Source: Neoechinorhynchus agilis | Lineage: Eukaryota > Animalia > Acanthocephala | Assembly: GCA_051530055.1 (NCBI GenBank) | Contig: CM121342.1 | Location: forward strand, 12,601,480 to 12,665,479 | Direction of reading: 5' to 3' | DNA length: 64,000 nucleotides | In this document: piece by piece, positions 50,981 to 63,966 of the stretch | How positions within the stretch are numbered: position 1 is the stretch's first letter | Layout of the letters: every line of letters starts with the position of its first letter | Notes under the pieces: generated by a model | The model's input: only the letters and a program-made list of their open reading frames with translations | The model's database searches: none | What the model was told of the DNA's origin: nothing | Made by a program: the position numbers and the translations under genes

Positions 50981-53900
50981 CTAAGTTTTGTTACTATTTA
51001 CGACCAGATTGGCTTTCCTAAATTCCGAAGACAAAGAATTCATAAAATTTGCTATATTATTAGTTAGGATTGAAGATGTTCTAGCTTTACAAAATAGAAA
51101 TATATCATCCGCATAAACTAGCGGAAATATGGAAGAAGATTTCTTTAATTTTTTAAAAAAATATATAAGGACAAATAAGAATATGGTGGGCGAAAGGGGA
51201 GAGCCATGAGGAACGCCAAACCTAGAGAAAAATTTAGTGTGAGAAGGGTCCACCTCATAGTAAAATTACTTAGATTCCATAAGATAGTTAGTTTTGTAGA
51301 TAAGATTTAGAGGAACTTTAAGATTAACTAAGGCCTCATAAAGGAAAGAGCGATCCAAGGCATCAAAGGCCTTATTAATATCCAACTGAATGAGAAGCTT
51401 TTGTAAATTAATAGCTTCATTCATAGAATTAAGAGAGGATAAAAGCGAAGTAACACCTTTACTCCTAATAAAACAATGAAAAAAGTCAGGTATAAGCTTT
51501 CTAGAAACTAAAAAGTCATATAGCTTCCCGTTCACCGCGCTTTCTAAGCAAGAGACAATTGGGTTCTGTATGGATATGACTCTAATGTGGGAAGCGTTAA
51601 AAATACGTCCTTTCGTCTTGGGAATAAAAAGTTTCTTAACAATATTAATGTTCAGGAGATCATTAAAATCAATTTTCGATAAACGAAGCCTATTAAAAAA
51701 TCGATTGAACTTCATAAGAGATAGCAGTAATTTTTTTGGGTGAAGTGCCACTTATATCATAAGCCTTAGAGGATTTAGATTCACAAGCCTTTAAAAAAGC
51801 TTCCACTTCAAAATTCCATGAGAAGGACTTTTGTTTATAGATAGGAAGTGGAGGAGAAGAACATGCACTAAAAGTATGCGCCATCAAAATAGACTCGATT
51901 ACTGCAGGATAAGAAATAGAGCCAATACAGTTAGATGCTTTTGCCTTCCAACAAACTGGTCTCCTGTTCAAAATACAGGACCAAAAATCCTTACCAAAAG
52001 GCTTAAGAGAGATCAGCATCTTTTTGTCCAACGAAACTTGATGATAAAACTTAGCCGAGTAAAAAAAATTTCAGAAAGAAGTTTTTAAGAGGGGAGTTAT
52101 TATACAAATCAGCTTTAACAGCTTTTTTATAAAACATGTTGGCTCCATGACAAACAGGGGGTCGCTTGATCATAGACTTAATAATTAAATTGTTATGTAC
52201 AGAGGATAAGATATCATTATTAAAGTCAGATAAGGAGATAGAAGTATGTGAGTTCATAAAAGATAAGAGATCATTATTAAATTTCGATAAGCTTTGAGGA
52301 TTAAAAACAAAAGTGTCCTTAAGAGAAATGTCATTAGATTTAAAAAGAATGAAGTCACGCCCTAATAATCTCTGTGACTGATGTTGGGAAGCAGGATAGA
52401 ATAAAATTGGAATTGACTTTTTAATAATTGCGCCATCCAAGAAGGTATGTCTATTAGATTTAACATTATGAAAAGGAGATTTAAGGAGCAAAAAATTGTG
52501 AAACTTAAAAAAGGAGTCGGGATTTCAGTAACGGAGGATATGTATAAAAGATTTAGTAAATTTTCCCACATGTCTGGGTTGAATATACAAGTTGTAAATG
52601 ATAAGAGTAGGAGAGAAAAAGGATGAGGTCCCATAGAAGGGATTCTTAAAAGAAAGAATTTGCATTGCAAAGGAGATATTTTTAGCTTGAAAGAGAAGTT
52701 TAGAAGAGTGAGATTTAAGAATAAATGTTTGGAGTCCTCCAGAGAAGCCAATATGCTGATTGGTTGATGAGGAGCAAGGGAGAAGAATATAGAATCATAA
52801 TTATCGAAAAGAAACAATTTAGAAAAGCCGGTTTCTTGAAAACATAACATATCAAATATACAAGGAGTAAGAAAAACGGGAAGACGCGAAGCCCTAGAGG
52901 CATTATATGTAATGAAGGAGAAAGGAACGTCCTTAGAATTGGCACAAGTCATTAATTTGATTTAGGACGTTTGGAATCAATAGATTCCAAGTTACGTGAA
53001 GATGGGGAGATATTCATTTTAAAATGTTCACAACAAATCCAGTTTTTAGAGAGTTTAGGTTAGGTAATATAGATGATGTGTTAGAGGAAGAGTGTGATAC
53101 ACAATAATTATCAAGTTTGTAAAGAATCCAAGTAAGGATGCCCTTAAGCAAGGAGATTTCTTTACCGGTACCAAGTGGAGAAGTAGAGAGGGAAGAAACA
53201 AGATTTTTCCGGAGGTTTGGGGGGGGGAGCTTAGAGTTGTAACCATTATAGGAAGATTGAGTCTTCAACTCCTTAGAGGAAAAGCCGTCCGGAGAGAGGA
53301 GTTTGATGAGGATAGATTTCTCTATTATTTTTATTATAGTAGACCCACTGCTTCGATGATAAGGAATCGTCAAAGTATTTTTGCGCGAACTTGCAAGAAC
53401 GCGCAAAGGCTGGATGACTCTTGCCACAGTTTGCACAAGTGGCGGAATCAGAGTGAGAGCAGGATGATTTGTGGTGAGGACCTGCACAAAAGATGCATCT
53501 GGGGGGAAATACACAGTCCGATTCGTGGTCTGACAGATTATCAAATTATAATCATTGAGAGAGTCCTTATATCGGTCGAAAGTGGCCCAGTATGAAAAGA
53601 AGCCTCTGTCGGAGTTAGCCAAACTCTCGGCGACATTGATAGTTGCTGAACATAGGATGGCGTAGGCGAAAGTGGCATTGGGTCTAAATAAATATTTGAC
53701 CAGTTTAATTCCTAACTCATCCTCAATTTTGCGAAAGTCAACAGAATCCAAGTCTTGAGGAGGATTCCTCATAAGAAAGGTGACTACGGGAAAGGTCAAT
53801 AGACTGTATGCTTAACTCCCCCAACATCTTAAAAAAGAGGTCTTTACCTGCCACATCGAAGAAGACAAATAGAATGTGGAATTTAGTCACCGAGAACCTC

Positions 53901-54110
53901 TTAATCAGAAAATTCATCGACTTCTCTCGACCACTAGGCCGTAGGTACTTCTCGTAGTAATTACGCGAAAAATACGAGGGGGATTTGGTACCCATGGCTT
54001 CCTTGGGAATTTTAATAACAAAGTCTACTTTTCTAACCGGACGCCTAAACTTTGATGCGTCAATAGAATGTTCCATCTGATCTCCTTGGGAATAAGTGCA
54101 CAATCACTCA
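50981..54110 (-). mobile_element. Decayed APE-type LINE (LINE C), sister to LINE B; truncated after the RT by the PLE
   Basis: ORF1 is split by frameshifts (alternate frame RCIFCAGPHHKSSC...CANCGKSHPAFARSC). APE FITYNAS...LCFQETG; RT IRVISIQNP, LDINKAFDALDR, GVPHGSPLSP, VYADD, LVVNSNKT*, ending at the PLE junction. Confidence 0.88.
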
Positions 54111-54399
54111 AAATCTCACAATCACTTGGGGGGGGAGGATAGTAGGAACAAACCTTAAACTGGACATGCCCGAATTAAAGTTGATCTGTTGGTTGAAAGG
54201 AGCGCAATTTTGCATCGACGAAACAGCGCTCATTCCCTAACTCTTTTGTTGTTGTTTTACCGCAATTCGGTAACCTATGTGCCCGAATTCAGCCGTGTAT
54301 GGTAAACTTGATTTACACTTGATGAATGTAACCGGCCAAGCCACGTATACGCTAAATAAAAATCGAAAAACTTATACAAGGCTTAAGTGGTCAAGTTTG

Positions 54400-54760
54400 T
54401 ATATTCCACAGTTGCAATGGTGTGGTCTAGAGGACTAATTCCTAATCCCAGCTTATGCCAAAGGGTTCGAAGCCGATGACGCAATAACAAAGAGGATGAA
54501 ATACCGCTGAAGGATCGAAATTCACTGATGATTCACACGGATCCTGGGGGTGTAGACCAGCGCTTGCCTGACCAATATCAGTGGGCTATGTCATTTGAAA
54601 AGTAGAAAATTATAAAAAAAGCAACAATATATTATCCACGCCACTACTCTGGATCACTCCGCTGGTGTCCTGGTGCAATTGTTGAAAGGACGGATGTAGC
54701 GTTTCCCGTGAATCAACCATGGACTGCGTTAACCTGAAGGCAGAAAACGTAGGGAGTCCG
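54400..54760 (+). mobile_element. Possible Gypsy-type integrase C-terminal relic
   Basis: FHSCNGVV*R (cf. YHPxSNGxxER) and YPRHYSGSLRWCPGAIVERT (cf. VRNYxxGxKWxPGxI). Very degraded. Confidence 0.3.
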
Positions 54761-56317
54761 GAAATCTCATCGTAACCAACATCCGACACAAGCAACACAC
54801 AAAGCTTGGGTGCGAATAAATAATTTAGGATCATTTATTGATTTAGCTGCGGTTATGTACGAGAGCAAGAACATAACCAAAATTTTCGTTGCATTAAAGA
54901 ATCTTTGCTTTTACTAGAGCAGCGACAAAAATGATAGCTCGTCATCATTCTTATTAAGTTTCAATAGAATTATTGTGAGACGAGTGTAAAGTGCGATTTT
55001 TGCCTCGGGTTTTTTTATCGTGGCCTACAAAAAGAACATGAAAATTAGAGTTACAATGCGTAAATTTTATTTGGTTTTGAAACGTACCAGTAAATGAAGG
55101 GCACGGTTTGCTATCGCGTATCGTTGTTTCTCCTGTTTATTGAAAGACATCAAGGATTGAAAAAGTCCTAAAACGAATAATAAGACATTGTCGTCCATGG
55201 GCATCTCAACGTCAAGCGTAGGACGTGAATCGTACTCCGGCCTAAGACTCTTTAGTTATATTTTGAAGCTCTACGTCACTTGCTTATTTGAGGCAGTCCG
55301 CCGATATAACAATGGTGATATATCCCTCATTGATGGATCTTACGGTACGGGATTGGATGACTCGTCGGATGCGACAGTCCAACCGAGAGTAATTGATGCA
55401 TCCTTTCATTAGGTTGCCCTTAATTAAACCTTTCCCGTTAGGGTAGGCAGTGCTTCTTTAAATAAGGTTCCTTAGAAACGCTTTGAGGGCACGAAGGAGG
55501 CAATTTTAACGATTTTGCCTCAAGGCAGCCATCGCACGGACATTTCCGACACTTCTCGTCACATGTTGCTTACTGCCGGGGGACTTGGAGACAGTGCCTT
55601 CGTTGGGAACTCTTTTGTATGATTGGGAAGAGTTTGCGATTTCCTCAGCTACACCTTTTTGTCTCTCAGAAGTTGTTTAAGTTGTAAGCGGAGAGTCCAA
55701 GACGAGTTGGCTTCTGTGGACTGTATTTTCTCCATGATCTTCCCACTGAAGGATCCGAGAGGGGTTTGACCCATAGTTCCGATAACATTGCAACATCGTT
55801 TGGGTATTTGCGACGTTGGTACGGACTGTTGCGTTTGTGAGGGTTTATGTTAGGAGGACTACTTAGACTTTGGTTCTATCGAGAGCATGTTGAGTCCCCG
55901 GACACCGCGCTTCCTCTTTGACCGCGACCCAGTCCTTAGTTAATTCCCATCGAGGGGGGAGTTACCTGGTAGAGCCTTCTCCCGCAATTGGTGGACGCGC
56001 TTAGTGGGAGTTAGAGTAGTGGTTACAGCTCGAATTCCACGAAATCTTCGACATAACTCTCGACAGGTACCCAAAGTCATTGTGCGGAATTTTCGAAGAG
56101 GGTGTCTTTAGACAAGCGTAGAAACCTACTGTGTTCCACATTTCGAAATTGAATTGTGGGCGTAAACTGGGACCGCAATCAAAATTGTGTAGATTTGCAA
56201 ACTACGCTATATATTCTTTGTTTTCACACCGTTCATGATTCAGAAAGTTGCGTGACTCTAGCGCTTAATTCTATGCAATTGTTTCGTTTAAGAGGCATAA
56301 ACTACTCACGTCAAAAA

Positions 56318-57406
56318 ATGGACTCATCTGCTCCAAAAATGAAATTCGAGACAAATTCACAAGTGAACAGGTAGGTCCAGAATTGCTCAAATTCAGGCGA
56401 ATAAAACCAGCAAACTTAAAACGTAGTTATTATACTTATGATAGACTTTGTGGCATTGTCGATTATATCAAGTCAAAATTCACTACTACGAAATTCGTGT
56501 CTCCCGACTATGCAATAATATGTGGAAGTGGCCTTAGTGAAATCGCAGATATTATGACCAGCGTAACGCTTACATTTAAGTTCCGTGACTTACCGGGGTT
56601 CCCGGCCGCAACAGGTATGCTCATTATTTAGGATAATATTTAGTCAAACATATAACTCTCACAGTTAGTGGTCACCGAGGTGAAATCATCTTTGGGGAAA
56701 TTGGACACAAACCCGTGGTGTGCATGGTTGGACGTTTCCACCCTTATGAAGGTCATTGTCCTTCTTTGGTAAGATTTCGTCGTTTTCTTCGTATATCCCC
56801 TTGTCACGTTTGCTTGTTCCATTCTAGTGCGCTGTACCCGTTAAACTTTTTAAACTACTTGGAGCGAAATATTTAATTTTGACTGCAGCTACTGGTGCAT
56901 TGAATCCAACCTACAATGTCGGTGATATCGTTATCCTTTACGATCAAATCAGCTTACCTACATTTGGATGCAATAATCCTTTAATTGGACAAAATGATGA
57001 AAGGCTTGGACCACGTTTTCCCGCTACTAACAAGATATATCCCGAAAATGCTCGACTACATTTTCAAAAGGTTCTTGAGGGACTAGATTTGGATAAGTAT
57101 TCAAGAAACGGTATATATATCAATGCATGTGGACCAACTTACGAAACACCGGCTGAAGTTAGAGCCCTAAGAATATTGGGCGGTGATGTAGTCGGTATGA
57201 GCTGCACCCACGAGGCTATCGCCGCTGTCCATGTTGGACTTCCTGTGCTAGGAATAGCTCTAGCAACAAATAAGTGTATCGGTGATTACAAAACGAACGT
57301 TATGCCTCATCACTCTGAGGTCCTACAGGTAGCCGACCAGCGTGGTAAGGATATATGCAGATCGGTGATGATATTCATAGAAACGTTTAACCTTAATTCA
57401 CCTTAG
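56318..57406 (+). CDS. PNP: Purine nucleoside phosphorylase (trimeric, mammalian type), 4 exons
   Basis: Exons 56318..56370, 56427..56614, 56665..56768 and 56828..57406 join in frame. Motifs AIICGSGL, VSGHRG, MVGRFHPYEG, GPTYETPAE, DVVGMS, HE, ATNKC, HSEVL. Confidence 0.95.
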
Positions 57407-58821
57407 TATATGATTGTCGCCTACCAGTTTTATAAAAGTGAGCTGTATGAGTTAATATTGCTCCAAGATAAACATAACAATAAATAAATGAACGTACTTT
57501 TCCTTTGCATACTGACGATTTTCACAAGATTGATGTGAGTGTAAAACGAGGACAGAAAATTTAAACCTCTATAAACATAAGAAATAGCAGTTGGTTTGCT
57601 TAAATAAAAATAGAACTTCATTATTAGTTCTAAATGCCTTGTGTAAAAATAATTTAATAAGATCTATTGTTGTATCTTCAATGAAGCATTGTGATGGATT
57701 CTAACTAGTAAAATCTAAAATAAAGATCGTTAGTGCGATATTACTTCATTCTTAATAAGTATGTAAAACCTTTAGAAAATACCGAACTACTTGCTTTGTG
57801 CTTAAGCGATTTTCGTGCATGCCGATGCAGTTAAGACGGTCTCTACAGTACACGTAAATAAGGATAGAATTCAATTATTGTTTCGATCTTTGACTAAATC
57901 AAGATTACGAGTTGGAAGCTTTTAAAGACTGTACACCGTACGATAGCTTCCAACGCTCTCTCTCGTATTAAATAAACTGTATTAAGTTTCAGTTGGAAAT
58001 ATATACTGTGACTAAAACCACTGAATCGAATCCTCCGTTTCCCACACTCTTTGTTGCGTTTCTGCTAAAAAACCATCTAAAAATACTCGCCTTATTACTT
58101 TTTGAAAGTATCCCTATAAAGTTTTTCATTTGTCTTAATTTGACTTAGCGAAATCATGTCTTTGAGATTATTAGCTTGAAGGCCCTCTATGATCAGTGGG
58201 TAAGTAATTGAAGAAGTCGATGAAATATAAATACTGATTTAGTTTAAAATGGCATCCTCCGCGCTCACTTTTCTGCGCTGAAGTGCGACTTTGTGCTGGT
58301 ATAAATACGATTCATGTTCAACAGTTATCTTAAGAAACAGGATTCGAAGGCGCTACTAAATTCGGATCGCGTTTACTACACATGACTGAGGCAATACTCA
58401 TCAATGATTTTTAGCCAAGCCAAGGTCAACAAGGGCACTTTACGACTTCCCTCGATTTGTACTCTGGCACCGAAAAGATCACCCTCAAACTGAAATTACT
58501 AGTAGTACTTCGATTTGGATTAGTTTGGGGAACTCATAGTACTAACGAGCAGTCCTTCCTTTGTCACAATAATACTCTAGGTTTGTTGTTGTGCTTTTGA
58601 GTGCCACCAAACGTTTCCCTCCTGATACCTCATATAGGCACGAACATTAGTAACACCCATATTATCGGTACTACGGATTACCTTTCGGTCTCCTTCACAG
58701 CTCGAAACTCCTGGTATTACACGTCATTCATATAAGTTCATAGGAAAGCTTTGACTGCTGTATAAGCAAATATTAGTTCCTTTTCGCACTTTGGAACCCA
58801 TTTTTCATCATAGCTATAAAC

Positions 58822-59781
58822 ATGCAAAAAAAAGAACGTATGTACTTTTGCAAAGATCATCCGGACTCTCAACTTGTAACGAATTGGGAAGCTGGTGATT
58901 TGGTTTGTCCTTCCTGTGGCAACGTAGTTGGTGAGCGTGTAGTTGATGTATCGGCTGAGTGGAGAACATTCTCTGACGATCCAAGTTCGCCGGATGGATG
59001 TCGTGTTGGCGATTGTTCAAATGAAATATTTCCAATGGAGTATAATATGGCAACCATAGTAGGTCCTTCTATCGCATTGGACCCACAAGCTGAACGTATT
59101 TTTCAGACATATGAGAAATCAAAGCTTTCGGCAGCCGGTGTCAAGACTCTTTTGTCTCGACGTGCCGAAATGCAAAGTCTTGCAGAGTTATTGAAAATTC
59201 CCAGAGTTACCGTGGAAAATTCGGCATTCTTACTAAAACGTGTTGGTGAAATCAAAAACTTGAACTATCGTAATCGAACCATTTTAATCTGTTCTTGCAT
59301 TTATATTGCATGTCGACAAGATGGAGAACCTAGGACTCTTAAAGAAATCTGCACTGTTGCTAACGCAAATCTACGTGATGTCGGACGGTGCTACAAGCAA
59401 ATATTGGAATCAACTAATGAAACTCTAAATAGTGTCAATTGTGAGGTTTATTTGCCGCACTTTTGCTCACAGCTCAAGATGGACCATAAGACGCAGTCAC
59501 TAGCCGTCCATTTCTCAAAAAGGGTCACCGACCTCGATATCGCGGGTGGACGCTCACCTCAAACTGTAGCTGCTGCTTGCATTTATATGGCGTCAAGGGT
59601 TAATGACAAGATTATTCCTGTAAAACAAATCTGCGAGGTGACCTTGATCTCTCGGAATTCAATTTACACAATGTTTGAGATGTTTTTCAGGCATATCAAA
59701 TGCCTCCTTCCACAAGGAGAAAACTTCCAAGTTTCGTGGAAGGACTTATCCAACACCGCACGCAAGGAGTTAACCAAATAG
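58822..59781 (+). CDS. GTF2B: Transcription initiation factor IIB, intronless
   Basis: Zn ribbon CKDH...CPSCG, B-reader EWRTFS, cyclin repeats CIYIACRQDGEPRTLKEIC and GRSPQTVAAACIYMAS. Confidence 0.93.
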   Translation: MQKKERMYFCKDHPDSQLVTNWEAGDLVCPSCGNVVGERVVDVSAEWRTFSDDPSSPDGCRVGDCSNEIFPMEYNMATIVGPSIALDPQAERIFQTYEKSKLSAAGVKTLLSRRAEMQSLAELLKIPRVTVENSAFLLKRVGEIKNLNYRNRTILICSCIYIACRQDGEPRTLKEICTVANANLRDVGRCYKQILESTNETLNSVNCEVYLPHFCSQLKMDHKTQSLAVHFSKRVTDLDIAGGRSPQTVAAACIYMASRVNDKIIPVKQICEVTLISRNSIYTMFEMFFRHIKCLLPQGENFQVSWKDLSNTARKELTK

Positions 59782-60334
59782 ATTCTTGCTTTTAAAATAT
59801 AAATGTGCTTAATATATTAGTGTTCTAATCGTGTTCTTCAAAAATACATTTACGACCTCCTGAATATCATTCTGCCCTTGAAATATAATAATGCGTTAAA
59901 ACATTAAGATAAAAAAATTTTGCCATAGAAAATATACGTTTTACTTTTGATGTATCCAATTTGATCTTACATTTTGATCCTTAAGCCAGTTAAACCAATA
60001 AGATATGTGAAAGTGTAGATAACATAAATGTTTATTTGTTCACTATTGTAAGAGTGAATACTTCCAAAAAATAATACCTTTCACGAGGGATTCGCTCTAA
60101 TTTCATGCCTTTAGAAAAACACCTCGGTCCAACTCCGCTCTTTCTTTTTTACTGCTCAGTCCTTCTAATGCGAATCAATGCGGAGGAAAGAGCGGAAAAC
60201 AACCAACAGCTGGCATTCTTCTACTTTAAAAAATATCAGAGGAAATGAACGACCAAGCAAAGTCTTCTTAACTTGACACCCTCGAAAAATCAACCGCCGT
60301 ACTCATTTAGCCGGCCATTTGGTTCGGGTGTTCA

Positions 60335-60386
60335 CGAAGCCCTAGATATTCATGGTCCTCTGCTTTGAACAATAAAACGTGTTATT
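60335..60386 (+). repeat. Further copy of the shared 3' tail motif
   Basis: catggtcctctgctttgaacaataaaacgtgtt aligns with catgggtcctcttcttaaacaaaataaataaaacgtgtt at 9626-9664. Confidence 0.55.
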
Positions 60387-61046
60387 ATTAAAGGTTACTT
60401 TGTCCATGAGATATAACCGCTAATGTGTGTACGGCCAATCCTGTTCGGTTTGCACCGAATGCACAAAGTTCTCTTTCCTGATTGGACATTTTTTTACGCA
60501 TCACTTTGTGACTTTCGACGTTTAAGCAATAGAATCTATGTGACAAATGACGTACTTTGAATAAAGAGTTAGTTAGCGTTAATCTCAATATTTTATTTTT
60601 TCCAGGAAAGCATGCACAAACCAAAGAAGGAAAACGACACGAAACAGCTATTTATAAATTTATTACTTTATTATAGACGCTATATAATAGTTTTACCTAC
60701 TTTAGTTCTCATAATCAATAAATTGCTGAACTGTCAAAATTGATACAGTGTCATAAAGTTATAATTTTGGTTAACATAATCCCGGCCATGACATAATCGA
60801 TTTATTTGAAATATTTCACGAGGTAACCTCATCTCATGTGTTTTATTCCTAGTTATTATATTTAAGATAAAACACTTAAACAATGACTGAAGTACCATTT
60901 TCATAAATGCATCTACCGCATGTTGGTTTTCCTTTAAGTGTATTGCATGTCTTTATTCAAATAAATCGTGACTATTCTCATCAAACAAAGGACTTGAAAC
61001 TTTTAGTCAATTTATTTTGAAATGGAAATGTATTTGGTTAATCTCT

Positions 61047-63966
61047 TCAATTTTTAACATCCTTTATTTCTTCTTCACTCTTCTTGTTTCTCAATAGAGC
61101 ATCAAAAAGATTAAAATTCACATTTAACAGAGCTAGTTTCCCATTGGCCAGACCAACGGCAATATGGCTAAGTTAGCTTTTAGTAGATTTCACTAATAGT
61201 ACCCAAAAACATTACCTACTGTTTGGAATGGTTTGTATTGAACGTATCACGGCATCGAAAGCTGGATAAGCATATACAGGTTTGAGATAGAACGTTTTAA
61301 AGACTTGAACTACTCCATTGTCTCCGGCGACACAAACGAATGTTCCATCCTCCGAGAAGCACATACATCTGGCTAATCCTAACTCGGATTGCAGCGTTGT
61401 ATTTCTAATCTTCGATCCATTCGATGAATAAACAGATAGGCTGAAGAGTGAAGGATGACATATTACCATTTGTTCACTTAAATTTACACCATAGTGATTT
61501 TGTGTGGAAAGATCTGTGGGTGCCCTCACAGCAATGCAGCTTAGTTCAAGTTATGATAAGATGGCTTGGAGGCGAAACAGAGATGGAATACAAATGAAAT
61601 GGGTAGACTTTGAATAAGTATGATTAATTACCCAGAGTAGAAGTAAAATACTTATGTTATAATTTTGGTAATCAATTGGTAATCGGAAACAAGTGAATTT
61701 GTAATGTCACAATCACAAATTTAAGTAATCGCTGCAATTCATCATAAAAAACGAATACTTTTCCGAGATGTGATAGTGATCGTAGTATGCAAAACTTCTT
61801 ATATTCTGTGTTGAAATACCTTCAGAGTATTTAGTGATTTTATGCGATTCCTTGACCCATATCGGTGGGCTGTGTGCCCAAGGAAAAATTATAAGCCGCG
61901 GAAAAGGCCTCACTTCAACACAGAATAAATGGAATGTTGCATAATACGATCACTAATCACATTTCCGAGAAGTAATCGCTTTTATGATGGGTTGCGACAC
62001 TTACTTGATTGGATAAAGAAACTCTGGAGTCACTGCTTTTTTGGAATAAAGCCTTAAAATCACTACGATTATACACCGATCAGAGGTTCACCCCACCTAC
62101 TTTGATCATCAGTCACCTTAATCTTTCTAATGAACGACCCTCTGCATGAACATTGATAGATGAAGGAGTCTTGAATGTAAGCTACATAGATCGCGGATAA
62201 GGACAACTCAAGTGCGCAAACTGCAGACGTTTTTGGTGCTAGACACCTAATCATTGTTTTAGGTGTATACTCAATAGATTGATCTCGAGATACCATTTTA
62301 TAACCGTGTTCACGCCACATCCAAATACAAACAACACCGTCAACTGAGCCTGTAATGAAGTATCGATCTTTTAAGGCTTTTACAAAAGTCACGTGGTCCA
62401 TGTGAGCATAGAGAACCTTTGATAGTTCAACTTTAGCAAGATGCGGATTATTTCGATTAATCTCAAAAATCCGAGCACTCATATCCCAGTAACCAACGAT
62501 TACCAAATGAGATGAATCTATCATGGCACATAGCGATTGATTTGATTGACTCAACATATCAGTGTAGTTCTCTCATACACTATAAGCCTCGTATGTGAGA
62601 ATCTTCTGATTTAAAGAGTTGAATAATCCACTGTTTAAGATAAGACGTCGATTCGTACACTCATTTGAATTGTTCAGAATAGGATCAGGGTTAATAGGTA
62701 ACCGCTGTTCTTCTACTCCAGCAAAGAGTTGAGCTAATCTCTTTCCAGCCGATTGATTCGAATCATAAGCTGATGACGGATGATGATAAGGATTTATTGA
62801 TAACTCAAGTTTTGAAGACAGCGTCAGGATATAAGGTTCTTTTTCAAGTAAAGTCTCGACGAAGACGATGGGCGTGGAAGACGGAAAACTGAGAACAGTA
62901 CACGACTCAGCGTCACTTGGTTCGAATTCAAATGGACCTTTGTTTTGAAGAGATAAGCGCGGTGGATGTGGAACTGAAATGATTGGATTAAAGGATTTGT
63001 ATCCGAACTGGTAGTCTATCCATTGATGCAGTTGGCATGATGTAAACTGCGATTCAAGAGCGAACCGATTCAAGAATATAAACTCTTCCTTCGATGATGC
63101 CCATGGAGGTAGCTCCATTCCAGCAAGAATACCTGAACTGGTAAAAAATTGAGGAATAAGTTCACCATTATGACTGCAAGTCTGAGTGATGCACTTTGTC
63201 CAATAATAAGCAATGGACTGTTTTACCAAATCACACGGTTGATCCATTTATGCTATCTTTACTGGAGCATGACAGTAATTATAGGAGCCTGCATTCATCT
63301 ACCCTAACCGCTAAGCGCCTGTTATTTTCTAAAATCAGCTCAAAAATTAGACGAATTAACCTTAGTTCAAATTTAATGACATAAATCCTAAGCCTAAATA
63401 TGAAATGCATATTTTGAAATTTATATGGAAGGTTTACGATTTAGCTTTAATAATTGGTATTTTGAATCTAATGATTTACAACGATAAAAGGTATTTAAGG
63501 ATATACTTAAGTGTCAGCAAATTGTGATGGTGACTGAGAATGTTAATTGTCACTTATCAGGAAAATCGTACTAGCTTCACAATCGAACGCTAAGAATCAC
63601 CATGTTAAAAATAAAATGTACATTATATTCGCATAAAAAGCGAAGGGTAAAATAAAAGTGGACCAACTGTATTACATTCGATTTCAACCATTCATCGATC
63701 AAATCATAGTATTCCTCACTTTCTGTTTGTTCTTCATTCAAGCCAGGTAATCTGCTAAACGGTTTCGATAAATCTCGGAACGCATCTGGAGTTCTTAAGT
63801 TAATAGTAGGACTTTCATAATCAATTATAATCCATGGAAGTATTGGATAATGCTCAGTATTTTGCATACTCCTTTCGGAAATTGTGTTTAAAAACATCAA
63901 GTAGTCAAAATTGGAAACACGGTAATGCTGCCATTTTTCAGTCATTGCGGATCGCTTAAATAACAA
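61047..63966 (-). CDS. Neurobeachin/LRBA-like BEACH + WD40 protein, 3' part (5' lies beyond the window)
   Basis: KWQHYRVSNFDYLMFLNT...YPILPWII...FRDLSKP; ELIPQFF; LPPWASSKEEFIFLNRFALES...LHQWIDYQFGYK; WD40 exons (VGYWDMSARIF, ITGSVDG, VAGDNGVV); last exon HIAVGLANGKLALLNVNFN, stop at 61047-61049. Confidence 0.85.

Noticed and set aside
54423-54474. Pol III A-box (TGGTCTAGAGG) and B-box (GGTTCGAAGCC) pair suggesting a tRNA
   Set aside because: The acceptor, anticodon and T stems do not pair and the spacing is short; at most a decayed SINE head, and it overlaps the possible integrase relic.
57909-57960. Short hairpin gagttggaagct...agcttccaacgctc as a pre-miRNA
   Set aside because: The stem is only about 12 bp with a large loop, too short for a typical pre-miRNA.
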